A stretch of 64,000 nucleotides of DNA from Thainema sp. Its GTDB lineage: Bacteria > Cyanobacteriota > Cyanobacteriia > Phormidesmidales > Phormidesmidaceae. This document shows positions 11,286-21,639 of the stretch, one piece after another. The notes beneath the pieces were generated by a model. The model saw only the letters and a list, made by a program, of their open reading frames with translations. It was not told the origin of the DNA and ran no database searches. The stretch covers positions 11,498-75,497 of the forward strand of contig JBQLZK010000036.1 of the NCBI GenBank assembly GCA_052168235.1, given 5' to 3'. The first letter of the stretch is position 1, and each line of letters begins with the position of its first letter. A program made the translations under genes and the position numbers.

Positions 11286-11853
11286 TATGCGAGCAAATTC
11301 GGCGATACAAAGCAGGCTTAAATAGCCTGATTGTGGGCTTTTTAGCGATTTCCGATGCTGCTTAGGCAGCAGATGCGATCGCAAACTTATCGCTTCATCT
11401 AGCGTTCTGAGACAGTTTGAACCACATCAAGGGCAAATTCAGCACTTTTGTCCAATAAACAGCAATAATCCACTAAAACAACAAATTATGGACTTTTGAG
11501 GTTGACGTTTGAGATTCAGCTGAAATATACCTAGAGATCTGGAGAGCAACAGTTGATTGATTTAGGCTCAGCCCAACATCTGAAATCATGACATCGGATT
11601 AGTTTTCTTAATTCAACTGTTCAAGCTGACTTAATTCAAAGAAGCAGAAGATTTTAAAGTCGATGGCAAATTTTGTAACTCCACAAAATAATTAAATTGG
11701 CCCAAATGTATAGACAAGATGCAAAAGCTGAATGACTAGCATTCTCTTTTTGCATTTCAGCCCGCAATTTTGCAACTTTAGTCACAGAAGAAAACAGAAA
11801 CCGTATTCAACCTAAAGAAGAGAGTTGTAATTTGCACCACGCGATTTTTGCTT

Positions 11854-13689
11854 ATGGTTGCCTCGCTTCTTCGTTTCATGGGTTCAATCCGATTAGCCGT
11901 ACCGCTGCTAGTTGCGATCGCAAGTATCCTAGTTTGGGCGACATTTTATGAAACCCAAGTCGGCTCAGCCACGGTGCAGCAGCAGATCTACAAAAGCCCG
12001 TGGTTTGGCGGACTGATGTTTCTGCTGGCCGTGAACCTAGGTATTTCGGCGCTGAGCCGCTATCCCTGGCGCGGTGCCCGCAAGGTCGGCTTTGCCCTGA
12101 CCCACATGGGATTGATTGTGCTGATTGCGGGATCGGCAGCGGTGATTCACCTGAGCGTAGAAGGGATGCTGCTGGTGCGCACCGACAGCCTAGCGAACAA
12201 TCGAGTGCGGGTGGAAGGTGAACTGCTGGAAGTCGCATCACCAGGGCAACCGACCCAGCAAGCAACCATTTACATCAAGCCGGATCATTCGGTATCGCCC
12301 AACCAGTTTGCGGGCTTCAAGCTGCTGAACTATCAGGAAAACACAATCAAATCGGTCAGCTTTACCAATGATGGCGAGGTGGAAAATCCAGCAGTGCGGT
12401 TGAGGTTGAACAGCGATCGCATGGGCCAAACCCTAGAGCGCTGGCTGGCGTTAGCGCCCAGTGGCTATCGACAAATGGAGATTGGCCCAGCCCAGTTGGA
12501 GATGGTGCGAGTTGAGAATGAGGCGGAACTTCAGCAGTTACTCACAGCTCCGAAAGAGTCAGCGACTGGACAGTTTGGCGTTTTGAGCGTGAACAGTCCA
12601 ACTGCGGCTCAAACGACCCAAACCATTGACGTGCAGCCATCACTCCAGCAATCTGTTCGCGTCGGCGATTTGCACATTAAGCTACTGGGCTTCTGGCCCG
12701 ATTTTCGTCTCAATGGTCAAAACCAGCCTGCAACCGCATCTCAACAGTTGCAGAATCCGGCAGTTCAGCTTGAGATCAGCCAGGGTGAGACTCTAGAACG
12801 CTGGTATGTGTTTGCCAAACCTGACTTTGACCCCATTCGGACGCTGGTTTCCGGTGAATCCCTCGACGTGCAAATCAGTTACACGGTTGAACCGCAAGAT
12901 CCAGCGGATTACTTTCGGGTGATTGTCGCACCAGATGAAACGCTGTATTATGCCGCGCGTTCCTCCAAAGGTTTCAAATCTGGTCAGCTCACTGTTGATC
13001 AATCCGTCACGCCGGGCTGGGCCGATTTTCAGATTTCACTAGCGGACTCTTTAGACCACGCACAGGTAAATCGCCAAATTGTGCCCGTTCCGCCTGAATT
13101 TGCGGCAGGCAGTCCCGCCTTGCTCGTCGAATCACCCAGCGGCCAACAGCAGTGGCTACCCTGGGGCGAACCCACTGCGATCGCAACTCCTGATCAGGCT
13201 CACGAATATTACGCGGCTTTCAGTCCCCGCATGTTGGAACTGCCGTTTGCGGTCAAGCTGGACGATTTCATTGTTGAACGCAACGAGGGCAGCGAATCCG
13301 TCGCCATGTGGACGAGCCAAATTCGCATCGACGATCCGCACAACGGTCGCGTTGAGCACCGCAATGTCTGGATGAATCATCCCTCGTGGTATCAGGGCTG
13401 GAAGATTGCTCAAGCGTCTTGGAATCCCGGTGACTTAGAACAATCTACCCTCCAGGTGAAACGGGAACCGCTTTGGGTGACGGTACTGACCTGGAGCGGT
13501 TCGGCCCTAGTGATTGGCGGGATTGCGGTGATGTTCTATGGGCCAGGGCTGATGAAGTCACGTAAATCTCGTAAGGAAGCGGTTAAGGGTGAGGATGTTG
13601 ATGGTGCGATCGCAACTTCTGAACCGTCTCCTGAACAGACGCCCAACCCAACACCAGACAAATCCCCGGTTCTGGCAGGTCGAAATTAA
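11854..13689 (+). CDS. ResB/Ccs1-like cytochrome c biogenesis protein (long form)
   Basis: Three N-terminal TMs with His in LTHMGLIV, large soluble domain, MNHP...GWKIAQASW, C-terminal TM. Confidence 0.8.
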   Translation: MVASLLRFMGSIRLAVPLLVAIASILVWATFYETQVGSATVQQQIYKSPWFGGLMFLLAVNLGISALSRYPWRGARKVGFALTHMGLIVLIAGSAAVIHLSVEGMLLVRTDSLANNRVRVEGELLEVASPGQPTQQATIYIKPDHSVSPNQFAGFKLLNYQENTIKSVSFTNDGEVENPAVRLRLNSDRMGQTLERWLALAPSGYRQMEIGPAQLEMVRVENEAELQQLLTAPKESATGQFGVLSVNSPTAAQTTQTIDVQPSLQQSVRVGDLHIKLLGFWPDFRLNGQNQPATASQQLQNPAVQLEISQGETLERWYVFAKPDFDPIRTLVSGESLDVQISYTVEPQDPADYFRVIVAPDETLYYAARSSKGFKSGQLTVDQSVTPGWADFQISLADSLDHAQVNRQIVPVPPEFAAGSPALLVESPSGQQQWLPWGEPTAIATPDQAHEYYAAFSPRMLELPFAVKLDDFIVERNEGSESVAMWTSQIRIDDPHNGRVEHRNVWMNHPSWYQGWKIAQASWNPGDLEQSTLQVKREPLWVTVLTWSGSALVIGGIAVMFYGPGLMKSRKSRKEAVKGEDVDGAIATSEPSPEQTPNPTPDKSPVLAGRN

Positions 13690-13695
13690 CGTTAC

Positions 13696-13723
13696 GTAGG
13701 GGCAAATGGCCATTTGCCCCTAC
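13696..13723. repeat. REP-like palindrome
   Basis: gtaggggcaaatggccatttgcccctac. Confidence 0.8.
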
Positions 13724-13774
13724 AGGTATCCACTCATTTCACATCAAACGCCATCAAGAGATCAACCCAAAATC

Positions 13775-15511
13775 ATGATGAAAGCGCTGAAATACTTCAT
13801 TGGTCTTTGCCTGGGCATTTTGCTGATTGTGCTGCCGCTCAGCCAGTTTCAGCCCTCGCCGACAGACTCACTGCAAACGCTAGCCGTTCAGCTCGATGGC
13901 CGCAAAAAGCCGCTGGATACCGTCGCTCGTGAAACCGTCGCCAAGATTCACGGTTCCACCCACTACACCTTGAGTAGTGGGGAAAAGCTGGACTATCAGC
14001 AAGCGTACCTTTCCATGTGGTTCAACAACCGCGACTGGAACGACGAACCATTTGTCCTATTCAGCTATCGTCCATTGAAGGAAGCGCTGGGCTTGGATGT
14101 AGAACGCAAATATTTCAGCTTCAAGGAACTGGCCTATTCCGGACTGGGTGAGGTCATCTTAACCGCCCGTCGCAAGCAGCTTGAGGACGAAGACCTAACC
14201 CGCGATCAGCGCGAGGCTCAGACGATTGAAGAGCGTTTAGACCTGATGCTGCGGACGGTCGGTACAGGCAACTTACCGCTGGTGCCCCATCCCAATGACA
14301 TCAAGGGTAAATGGGTCAGCCTAGCCGAGGCCACCGAGTACTACTCACCGGAACAAGCGGCGGCCCTGCAAACCCAGTTTGATCAGCTCAAGCAGGTCTA
14401 CAACCTCAGCGATCGCAACACGGAAACCATTAACGAGATCGCATCGGCACTGCATCAAAATCTGGTAAATCTCAGCCCAGACGTTTACCCTGCACCGAGT
14501 ATTCTCAAGCGAGAAGTGTTCTTCAGCGGCTTTCATCCCTTTGCTAAAGCTTGGATGCTCTATGCGATCGCATTTCTCGTCATGTTACTCGCGCTCTGGC
14601 TAAAGCCGCTGGATTTGTACTGGAGCGCCATTGGTATTTTCACTGCCGGGATCTTGGTGCAGAGCTACGGCTTTATTCTGCGGATGCAGGTGGCAGGTCG
14701 GCCCCCCGTGACCAATATGTATGAGTCGGTGATTTGGGTCGGCTTTGGCATTGCGGCGTTTGCCTTAATTTTTGAGTTCATCTATCGCGCTCGTTATTAC
14801 CTATTAGCCGCTGCGCCGCTGTCGGTGCTGTGTTTGATTTTGGCCGATAGCTTGCCCGCTGTGCTGGATCCGAGTATTGAACCGCTGGTGCCCGTGCTGC
14901 GCGATAACTTCTGGCTGAGTGTCCACGTGCCGACGATTACGCTCAGCTACGCCAGTTTTGCGCTGGCAATGGGTTTGGGACATGTCACTCTGGGCAACTA
15001 TTTATTCACGCCCCAGGCCAAAGATCGAATTCGCAATTTGTCCCAGTTGAACTATCGCGTTTTGCAGGCTGGGGTACTCTTGCTGACAACCGGAATTATT
15101 CTGGGCGGCATTTGGGCGCACTTCTCCTGGGGGCGCTTCTGGGGCTGGGATCCAAAGGAAACCTGGGCGCTGATTGCGCTGCTCTGCTACCTGGCCCCGC
15201 TGCACGGTCGGCTGGTGGGCTGGATCAGCAACTTTGGCATCACGGTAGCCAGCGTGGTTTCCTTCAATGCCGTATTGATGGCCTGGTATGGCGTCAATTT
15301 CGTCCTGGGCACCGGACTGCACAGCTACGGCTTCAGCACGGGCGGCTCAGAACTGATGATTGCCGGGATTGTCGGTCTCGACTTACTGTTCGTATTGGTT
15401 AGCGCGATTCGCTACAAGGGCTGGTTCAAAGCTGCCCCCGCTGCTGATCCTGAGTCACAACCAACAGTCAACATGAGTTCCTTAGCCTCAGATATTGCCG
15501 CTAAACATTAA
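13775..15511 (+). CDS. CcsA/ResC-like cytochrome c synthase with extended N-terminal domain
   Basis: WWD motif WGRFWGWDPKETW, WLSVHV, GLHSY, PVTNMYES; GRKKPLDT in the N-terminal extension. Confidence 0.88.
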   Translation: MMKALKYFIGLCLGILLIVLPLSQFQPSPTDSLQTLAVQLDGRKKPLDTVARETVAKIHGSTHYTLSSGEKLDYQQAYLSMWFNNRDWNDEPFVLFSYRPLKEALGLDVERKYFSFKELAYSGLGEVILTARRKQLEDEDLTRDQREAQTIEERLDLMLRTVGTGNLPLVPHPNDIKGKWVSLAEATEYYSPEQAAALQTQFDQLKQVYNLSDRNTETINEIASALHQNLVNLSPDVYPAPSILKREVFFSGFHPFAKAWMLYAIAFLVMLLALWLKPLDLYWSAIGIFTAGILVQSYGFILRMQVAGRPPVTNMYESVIWVGFGIAAFALIFEFIYRARYYLLAAAPLSVLCLILADSLPAVLDPSIEPLVPVLRDNFWLSVHVPTITLSYASFALAMGLGHVTLGNYLFTPQAKDRIRNLSQLNYRVLQAGVLLLTTGIILGGIWAHFSWGRFWGWDPKETWALIALLCYLAPLHGRLVGWISNFGITVASVVSFNAVLMAWYGVNFVLGTGLHSYGFSTGGSELMIAGIVGLDLLFVLVSAIRYKGWFKAAPAADPESQPTVNMSSLASDIAAKH

Positions 15512-15541
15512 GTTTCCACTTGAGTGAGGAGATAGCCATCA

Positions 15542-16012
15542 ATGGATCGACGCACATTTCTATCCTGGGTGGGTCTAGGCGCGATCGCAACTAGCTTACC
15601 GATTGCGATCGCAGCTTGCACCCCACAAGCAGAAGAGGAAACCACCGCAGAAGCAGAAGCAGAAGCAGAACCCCAACTCGATTCAGCTCCCAGAGCAGAC
15701 GGCTTCATAGCCATCGGCACCGTAGCGGAACTCGACGAAAAGGGATTTGTACGAGATATGGAGTCGGCCATGAGTCCCGCCATTGCGATCGCAGATCCGA
15801 GCGGATCGGGAATAATTGCCATGAACTCCATGTGTACCCATCAGGGCTGTTCCGTTGAATGGAGCGCTGAAGACCAGTTACTCAAATGTCCTTGCCACGG
15901 TTCCCAGTTCAACCCTGATGGCACAGTTGCTCAAGGCCCCGCCGCCGCACCGTTGGAGCGATACGAGGCCAAAGTCGAGGATGATCTGGTCTTGGTCAAA
16001 TCGAGCACATAA
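15542..16012 (+). CDS. Small Rieske [2Fe-2S] protein with Tat (lipoprotein) signal
   Basis: MDRRTFL Tat motif, IAAC lipobox-like, CTHQGC and CPCHGS. Confidence 0.9.
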   Translation: MDRRTFLSWVGLGAIATSLPIAIAACTPQAEEETTAEAEAEAEPQLDSAPRADGFIAIGTVAELDEKGFVRDMESAMSPAIAIADPSGSGIIAMNSMCTHQGCSVEWSAEDQLLKCPCHGSQFNPDGTVAQGPAAAPLERYEAKVEDDLVLVKSST

Positions 16013-16078
16013 CGTCCTGATTTGTCATGTTTCTATCAAACGAATGGTATCGAGCCAGAGTTCATTTTTTATGATTTG

Positions 16079-16179
16079 CTCAGTACTCTGTAAATTTAAG
16101 TTTTGATGATTGATGTGCCGCGCGGAGCGCGGCACATCAATCATCAAAACCCATAAAACTTAGTTGACAGACTACTCAG
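16079..16179 (+). mobile_element. MITE-like element family B
   Basis: CTCAG direct repeats, imperfect TIRs TACTCTGTAAA/TTGACAGACTA, central hairpin; inverted second copy at 36966-37066. Confidence 0.7.
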
Positions 16180-16208
16180 TTGGGATTGAATAATTTAGCG
16201 GTTCAGCT

Positions 16209-17135
16209 ATGGCTGTTTTTACGGTAGACCAAGTTTTAGATCAAATCCAGCAGGGGCTATCTCTGCAAAGAGCCGAGTTAAGCCATATCGACCTACGGGG
16301 CCAAACGCTCGACAATGCCCAGTTTCAGCGGGCATATATGCGGGCAGCCAATTTGTCCTACGCATCCTGTCGGCAGACCAATTTTCAAGCTGCCATTCTG
16401 AATCGAGCGCAATTTACAAAAGCGATTTTAGACGGAGCGCAGTTTGACCAAGCCCAGCTCACTGCCGCCCAGCTCGATCAGGCGATGCTGCGCTACATCA
16501 AAGCGACAGGAGCCAAATTCCACAGTGCCATTCTGACCGGAGCCGATGCCACTGCGGCGCTGTTGAGCGAAGCCGATCTGGCTGAGATTGATGCGGTAGG
16601 ACTCAATTTACAGGAAGCCATTTTATTTAAAGCCAATCTCAGTGCGGCCAACCTGCAAGAAGCCAACTTCGCTAAAGCTAAGGCCAGCGACGCGGTTTGG
16701 ATTGATGCCGACCTGACCAAAGCCCAGTTTCCAGCGGCGATGCTGCAGCGATCGCGGTTTACCTATGCGTGCTTATACAAAGCCAACTTAGCGGAAGCCG
16801 ATTTAATTGGAGCTGATTTGTGTCAGGCCAACCTGCGCCAGGGACTGCTCTGTGCAGCTATGTTCGACCATGCCAATCTGAGTCAAGCTACGCTGGCCGA
16901 GGCTAATCTGAGCCATGCCTCGCTGTTTAGTGCTGATTTGGAGGGCGCTGACCTATCGGATGCCGATCTTTCTGAAGTGAATCTACGCGATGCCAATCTA
17001 GAGGGTGCAATTCTCAAAAACGTCGATTTTTCGCGTAGCACAGTTCATGGAGCTATCTTTACCGAAGCTCAGGGCATTGCCGACGAACAGCGCGCGTTTC
17101 TGCGCCGCAATGGGGCACTAAATGTGCCCAAATAA
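16209..17135 (+). CDS. Pentapeptide repeat protein
   Basis: A(D/N)LxX repeats along the whole length. Confidence 0.92.
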   Translation: MAVFTVDQVLDQIQQGLSLQRAELSHIDLRGQTLDNAQFQRAYMRAANLSYASCRQTNFQAAILNRAQFTKAILDGAQFDQAQLTAAQLDQAMLRYIKATGAKFHSAILTGADATAALLSEADLAEIDAVGLNLQEAILFKANLSAANLQEANFAKAKASDAVWIDADLTKAQFPAAMLQRSRFTYACLYKANLAEADLIGADLCQANLRQGLLCAAMFDHANLSQATLAEANLSHASLFSADLEGADLSDADLSEVNLRDANLEGAILKNVDFSRSTVHGAIFTEAQGIADEQRAFLRRNGALNVPK

Positions 17136-17249
17136 CTACTATCGAATAGTTGGCGGTAGCTTTTCCAGGCTAGTACTGCGTAAAATAACTGCTCAGGGCT
17201 TTTTCTCTTCAGCAGGGATATACCGCACCAGCTTGGAAAACACTACATA

Positions 17250-17858
17250 TTACTTGAATAGTGCAGCAGAGCCGATTCGACCATTCATTACTTCTGCCGA
17301 CTCAACAGCATGTATGACTTCCCAAACGGAGGCAATCATTGCTTCAGCTTCTTCAGCAGAAACCTGCTTTGAAGGTTGAAGAACTTGACCTTCTGAGAAA
17401 CCGACATAAAGCCCAGCTTTTCGCTTGTCAAACATGCCTTTTACAGCATTTTCATCATAATTGAGGGTCGGACTTGGATCTTCTGAGAAGTCAACCGGAA
17501 GTCCTGCCATTCGCTTATCGAATATTGATCTTGTAGCATCTGCATAGTCATCGCCGAAAGTAGCGACCCTATGATTGTAGGCAACCTTAAGATCATGGTT
17601 GCGAAATGCCTTGTTAAATTCTGCTAGAGACACTCGCTCATCAATGTAATCAGCTACAATTTGGGATTTACCCATTTCTTCGTAAGCGGTATAAGCCAAG
17701 CAGTATGCTCTAGCAAAAGCTCCATGATTGAGTAAGATTTCTGCTTCCTTCACCAACTGGTGAGCATTATCTTTGCACGCAAAATACAACTCAAAGCAGC
17801 TCTCTACAGAGAGTTTTAAGTTTTCGGTACTTTCGGACATTTTTTTCGTAGTTTTCAT
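17250..17858 (-). CDS. AbiV-family (HEPN-like) abortive infection protein
   Basis: NA..L..EA.IL, AYEEMGK, H-x-x-K and GLYV motifs; AT-rich relative to neighbours. Confidence 0.7.
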   Translation of the reverse strand: MKTTKKMSESTENLKLSVESCFELYFACKDNAHQLVKEAEILLNHGAFARAYCLAYTAYEEMGKSQIVADYIDERVSLAEFNKAFRNHDLKVAYNHRVATFGDDYADATRSIFDKRMAGLPVDFSEDPSPTLNYDENAVKGMFDKRKAGLYVGFSEGQVLQPSKQVSAEEAEAMIASVWEVIHAVESAEVMNGRIGSAALFK

Positions 17859-18098
17859 AAAAATACGTTCTAAAAATTCGTATAAGCTCTATGTATCTAG
17901 AATAACAACTATCTTGGGCCACCAAGAGGGCGGATATTACGCCATCGTGTAGATATTTGACAAATGAAATCTGAATTTCGGAAAATACAAGCGATTTCGG
18001 TTCTCACTACGCCTCAAGCTATTCAATTAAAAAACTGCTCATTCTACTAGACGTCATCAGAACAAGCAGTTTTAGGAAAGCCCAAAGTCGCAGAATTG

Positions 18099-19376
18099 CT
18101 AATCCAAGTCGCCCAGCTTGCGACGAAACTTGAGCTGGCTGCGGTGATTGGCCACCGATTCCACCAGCCCTAAGGCAATAAAGTTCGTCAGCAGCGCCGA
18201 TCGTCCGTAGCTCATCCAGGGCAGCGGAATTCCGGTTACAGGAGCCAAACCAATCGTCATGCTGATGTTGACGATCACCTGAAACATCAGCATCGATAAG
18301 ACGCCGATTGCTAATAGTGAACCGAAATTATCCTTAGCGTTCTGAGCAATAATCACCAATCGGAGACAAATTAGCCAGAATATACAGATCAGTGCGATCG
18401 CACCTATAAAACCCAGCTCTTCGCCCACTGCCGAGAAGATAAAGTCCGTATGCTGCTCTGGGATGAAGTTGAGCTGCGTTTGCGTTCCGTGATTGAGGCC
18501 TCGGCCCCAAAGCTGCCCTGCCCCAATGGCAATGCGAGACTGAATCAGGTGATAGCCCCCACCGAGGGGATCTTTAGCGGGATCAAGGAACAGAATCAGA
18601 CGGTCTTTCTGGTAGTCATGCAAAATGCCCCAGAATACCTTACCCAAGCCACCGGACACCAGGTTTAAAACCGCCGCGCCGAGTGCGCCTAATAGTGGCC
18701 AAGGCAGGGTGCGCCAGCCAATCAGCATCATCAACGCTGTCCAGATAAACCAACCGGGCAGCAAGAGGCTAAATAAGAGGGCTGCGACAACGGGTGAAAC
18801 CATCAGCACAATCCAGCCCAGTTTAGCGTTGGCCCAGTAGAGCATCCCGAGCGTAATTGCCCCATACACCAGCGATGTCCCCAAATCGGGCTGCAAAAAA
18901 ATTAAAATCCAAGGTACTGCGGTAACCAGCAGCGCATTGACAACTGCCGGAATGGTCGAAGCGGTACGCCGATGCAGCAGTGCGGCCAGCGTAATGATCA
19001 AGCCTAATTTGGCAAACTCTGACGGCTGGATTGTTAACCCACCAATCGAAATCCAGCGCTGTGCCCCTAAACCTACCGTTCCGATAATCATGACGGCGAC
19101 CAGAGAGGCATTCACCGCGCCGTAGATTATCCAATACCACTGCAGTAAACCTTCGTAGCGACTGCGGGCGATCCACATCGCCAGAGCAAAGCCGATACCT
19201 CCTATAAACCAGTGGCTATACCAATCCACCAGCCCATCTTGGAGTTCCGTACTGCGGATCATCAAGCCGCCGCCAACCGTTAGAACAATTGTCAACAGCA
19301 TGAGCAGCCAGTCCATCTGTCGCCACGGACGGATGATGGCACGCCAGCTAAATCGCCGAATGGAATTTTGCAGCAT
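18099..19376 (-). CDS. rodA: Rod shape-determining protein RodA
   Basis: SEDS motifs GAQRWI, QPSEFAK, QPDLGT, PEQHTDFIF. Confidence 0.95.
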   Translation of the reverse strand: MLQNSIRRFSWRAIIRPWRQMDWLLMLLTIVLTVGGGLMIRSTELQDGLVDWYSHWFIGGIGFALAMWIARSRYEGLLQWYWIIYGAVNASLVAVMIIGTVGLGAQRWISIGGLTIQPSEFAKLGLIITLAALLHRRTASTIPAVVNALLVTAVPWILIFLQPDLGTSLVYGAITLGMLYWANAKLGWIVLMVSPVVAALLFSLLLPGWFIWTALMMLIGWRTLPWPLLGALGAAVLNLVSGGLGKVFWGILHDYQKDRLILFLDPAKDPLGGGYHLIQSRIAIGAGQLWGRGLNHGTQTQLNFIPEQHTDFIFSAVGEELGFIGAIALICIFWLICLRLVIIAQNAKDNFGSLLAIGVLSMLMFQVIVNISMTIGLAPVTGIPLPWMSYGRSALLTNFIALGLVESVANHRSQLKFRRKLGDLD

Positions 19377-19462
19377 ATACGTTCTTGGATGTGTTTCTAG
19401 AAGGTTTCCAGTGGGTGCGATCGCAACTATTCAATAAACGTTTGATTCATGATTAGCGTTCC

Positions 19463-19529
19463 GTAGGGGCGGTTTTGGCCGTCCAGTGATGGGATTCCAT
19501 CAAAATTGGTCTATTAAACCCGCCCCTAC
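19463..19529. repeat. REP-like inverted repeat (long form)
   Basis: gtaggggcggtttt...aaacccgcccctac. Confidence 0.7.
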
Positions 19530-19556
19530 ACACAATACCTATTGTGTAGATCCCGC

Positions 19557-20630
19557 TTAAGTCAAAGCAGCCACAGATACCCGTGCCGCAATCTGCTGGG
19601 CAATGCTCATCAGCGCTTTGGCCGAAGCTGAATCAGGGCTGTGCACCACAATGGGAATACCGAGATCGCCCCCTTCGCGCAGCGGCAGTTCTAGCGGCAC
19701 ACAGCCGAGCAGAGGAATGCCCAATTCTTGGGACGTTTTTTCGCCGCCGCCGGAACCAAAGATGTCGTATTGCTTATCCGGCATGTCGGGCGGAATAAAG
19801 TAGCTCATATTTTCCACAATGCCCAAAACTGGCACCTGCATCTGCTGGAACATCCGCAGTCCACGCCGCGCATCGGACAGAGCCACGTTTTGCGGCGTAG
19901 TCACAATTACCGCTCCGGCCATGGGTACGGCCTGAGCCAGCGTCAACTGGGCATCTCCGGTGCCTGGTGGCATGTCCACAATCAGATAGTCTAAATCGCC
20001 CCACTCAGCTTGATAGAGAAACTGGCGGATCACGCCATTCAGCATCGGGCCACGCCAGATCACGGGCTGATCCGGGTCAATCAAAAAGCCCATTGAAACT
20101 AATTTGACGCCGTGATTGAACGCGGGTTCCAGAATTTCTTTGCCGTCTACCTGGCGCACCATCACTTGGGCATCTGCGAGACCCAGCATGGTTGGCGTAT
20201 TTGGCCCATAGATATCCGCGTCAATCATGCCGACTTTGGCTCCGGTTTTAGCCAGCGCCACGGCCACGTTCACGGCCACGGTGCTTTTGCCGACACCACC
20301 TTTGCCGCTCGAAATGGCGAGAATATTTTTAACACCGTCGATTCCTTGCCGATCCGGCAGTGATGCCTTTTGCTGGGGCGTTTCTGCTGTGACTTCGACA
20401 TCGATCTGTTCCACTCCCGGTAGCGATCGCACCGCTCGCTTGCAGTCATCGACAATGAATTCCCGCAGCGGACAGGCTGGAGTCGTCAACACCACGGTGA
20501 AGCGCACTTGCCCATCCTCAACCTGGACATTACGAATCATGTTGAGTTCGACCAGGCTTTTTTGCAGTTCTGGATCTTGGACAGGACGTAGAACTTCTAA
20601 AACGGAATTAGCATCAAGCGTTGTTGACAT
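19557..20630 (-). CDS. mrp: Mrp/NBP35 Fe-S cluster carrier ATPase
   Basis: SGKGGVGKS, DADIYGP, WRGPML, DMPPGTGD, ENMS; N-terminal domain with TTPACP; start ATG 20630. Confidence 0.93.
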   Translation of the reverse strand: MSTTLDANSVLEVLRPVQDPELQKSLVELNMIRNVQVEDGQVRFTVVLTTPACPLREFIVDDCKRAVRSLPGVEQIDVEVTAETPQQKASLPDRQGIDGVKNILAISSGKGGVGKSTVAVNVAVALAKTGAKVGMIDADIYGPNTPTMLGLADAQVMVRQVDGKEILEPAFNHGVKLVSMGFLIDPDQPVIWRGPMLNGVIRQFLYQAEWGDLDYLIVDMPPGTGDAQLTLAQAVPMAGAVIVTTPQNVALSDARRGLRMFQQMQVPVLGIVENMSYFIPPDMPDKQYDIFGSGGGEKTSQELGIPLLGCVPLELPLREGGDLGIPIVVHSPDSASAKALMSIAQQIAARVSVAALT

Positions 20631-20817
20631 TCTTTTCTCCCCCCACCTTTGATGCTGGGGCTCGCAACAGGGTTTATCTGGATCGGTTAGTTTGTGAGTT
20701 GCGATCGCACTGCGATTCCAGTTGCGATCGCTCTCTAGAAATCTTACAAAACTTTTCGTAACGAAACGGAAATAAAGCGCAGGAAAGTTTTGTAAGCACA
20801 CCAAAACATCCCTTTAC

Positions 20818-20918
20818 CTCATATCTTGCACCTTGCACTTTGAGAACCCGAAGAGGTTGTTTTGCCGCCGCATCGCGGCGGCAAAACAACCCTTCTGGGT
20901 TTTGGTGCAAGATGTGAG
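20818..20918 (+). mobile_element. MITE-like element family A with internal hairpin
   Basis: TIRs CTCATATCTTGCACC / GGTGCAAGATGTGAG; related copies at 24037 and 36899. Confidence 0.75.
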
Positions 20919-21002
20919 TTTACGAAAACTTACAATGTTAGGCTGACCCAGTCTGATGGCAGCTCTCAAATCACGGTTCAACTTTCAAGGAAAATCTGTC
21001 TT

Positions 21003-21584
21003 GTGCTCAAACGAAATGTTCTGATTGCCCTATGCTGTCTTTTGTCCAGCGTGTCTGCCGCTTGTGCTGTCTCATCGACTAAATCGACGGAGAGATCAGC
21101 CCCGACTGATCCAGTTAATCAGTCACTGGCAGAACGACCGGGTGTCACTCCCATTGCAGTGGAACAGCTACCGGATTTAGTGATGGGACAGGTGGTTTAT
21201 GTTCCGATCTACTCAGAGATTTACGATTCTGACCCCAATCAGACATTTCAACTTGCTGCAACTCTTAGCCTGCGTAATACCGATTTGGACAGCCCAATCA
21301 TAATTGAGACTCTAGACTACTACGACTCTGGAGGAGCAAAGATCAGCACGTATCTAAGAACTCCCATTCAGCTAGCGCCCTTAGCCTCTTTTGAAATTGT
21401 GGTTGCGAGAAAAGACAGCTCTGGCGGATCTGGGGCGAACTTTATTGTGGAATGGCGAGCAAATGAAACTGTTAGTGAACCGATAGTTGAAGCAATCATG
21501 ATTAGCAGCGCGTCTCAGCAAGGCATGTCGTTTGTGAGTCCAGGGCGAATTATTCAGGAACGACAGCCAGACGATTCACTCTAA
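21003..21584 (+). CDS. DUF3124-type putative lipoprotein
   Basis: GQVVYVPIYSEIY, TLSLRNTD, GGSGANFIVEW; GTG start uncertain. Confidence 0.75.
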   Translation: MLKRNVLIALCCLLSSVSAACAVSSTKSTERSAPTDPVNQSLAERPGVTPIAVEQLPDLVMGQVVYVPIYSEIYDSDPNQTFQLAATLSLRNTDLDSPIIIETLDYYDSGGAKISTYLRTPIQLAPLASFEIVVARKDSSGGSGANFIVEWRANETVSEPIVEAIMISSASQQGMSFVSPGRIIQERQPDDSL

Positions 21585-21614
21585 AAGATTCGCTCTAGAA
21601 GATTCGCTCTAAAT
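21573..21614 (+). repeat. 3 x 14-bp tandem repeat over the stop codon
   Basis: gattcactctaaaa gattcgctctagaa gattcgctctaaat. Confidence 0.7.
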
Positions 21615-21639
21615 GTAAGCATGTAAGCCTAAAAACTAT

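Noticed and set aside
11827..11840. NtcA-like GTA-N8-CAC before the ResB-like gene
   Set aside because: Imperfect, with no supporting promoter geometry
15901..15911. Heme-binding motif near the Rieske C-terminal box
   Set aside because: The adjacent CPCH is the Rieske ligand box, not CxxCH
20631..21002. N-terminal extensions of the mrp and DUF3124 ORFs
   Set aside because: They run through promoter DNA and a repeat element
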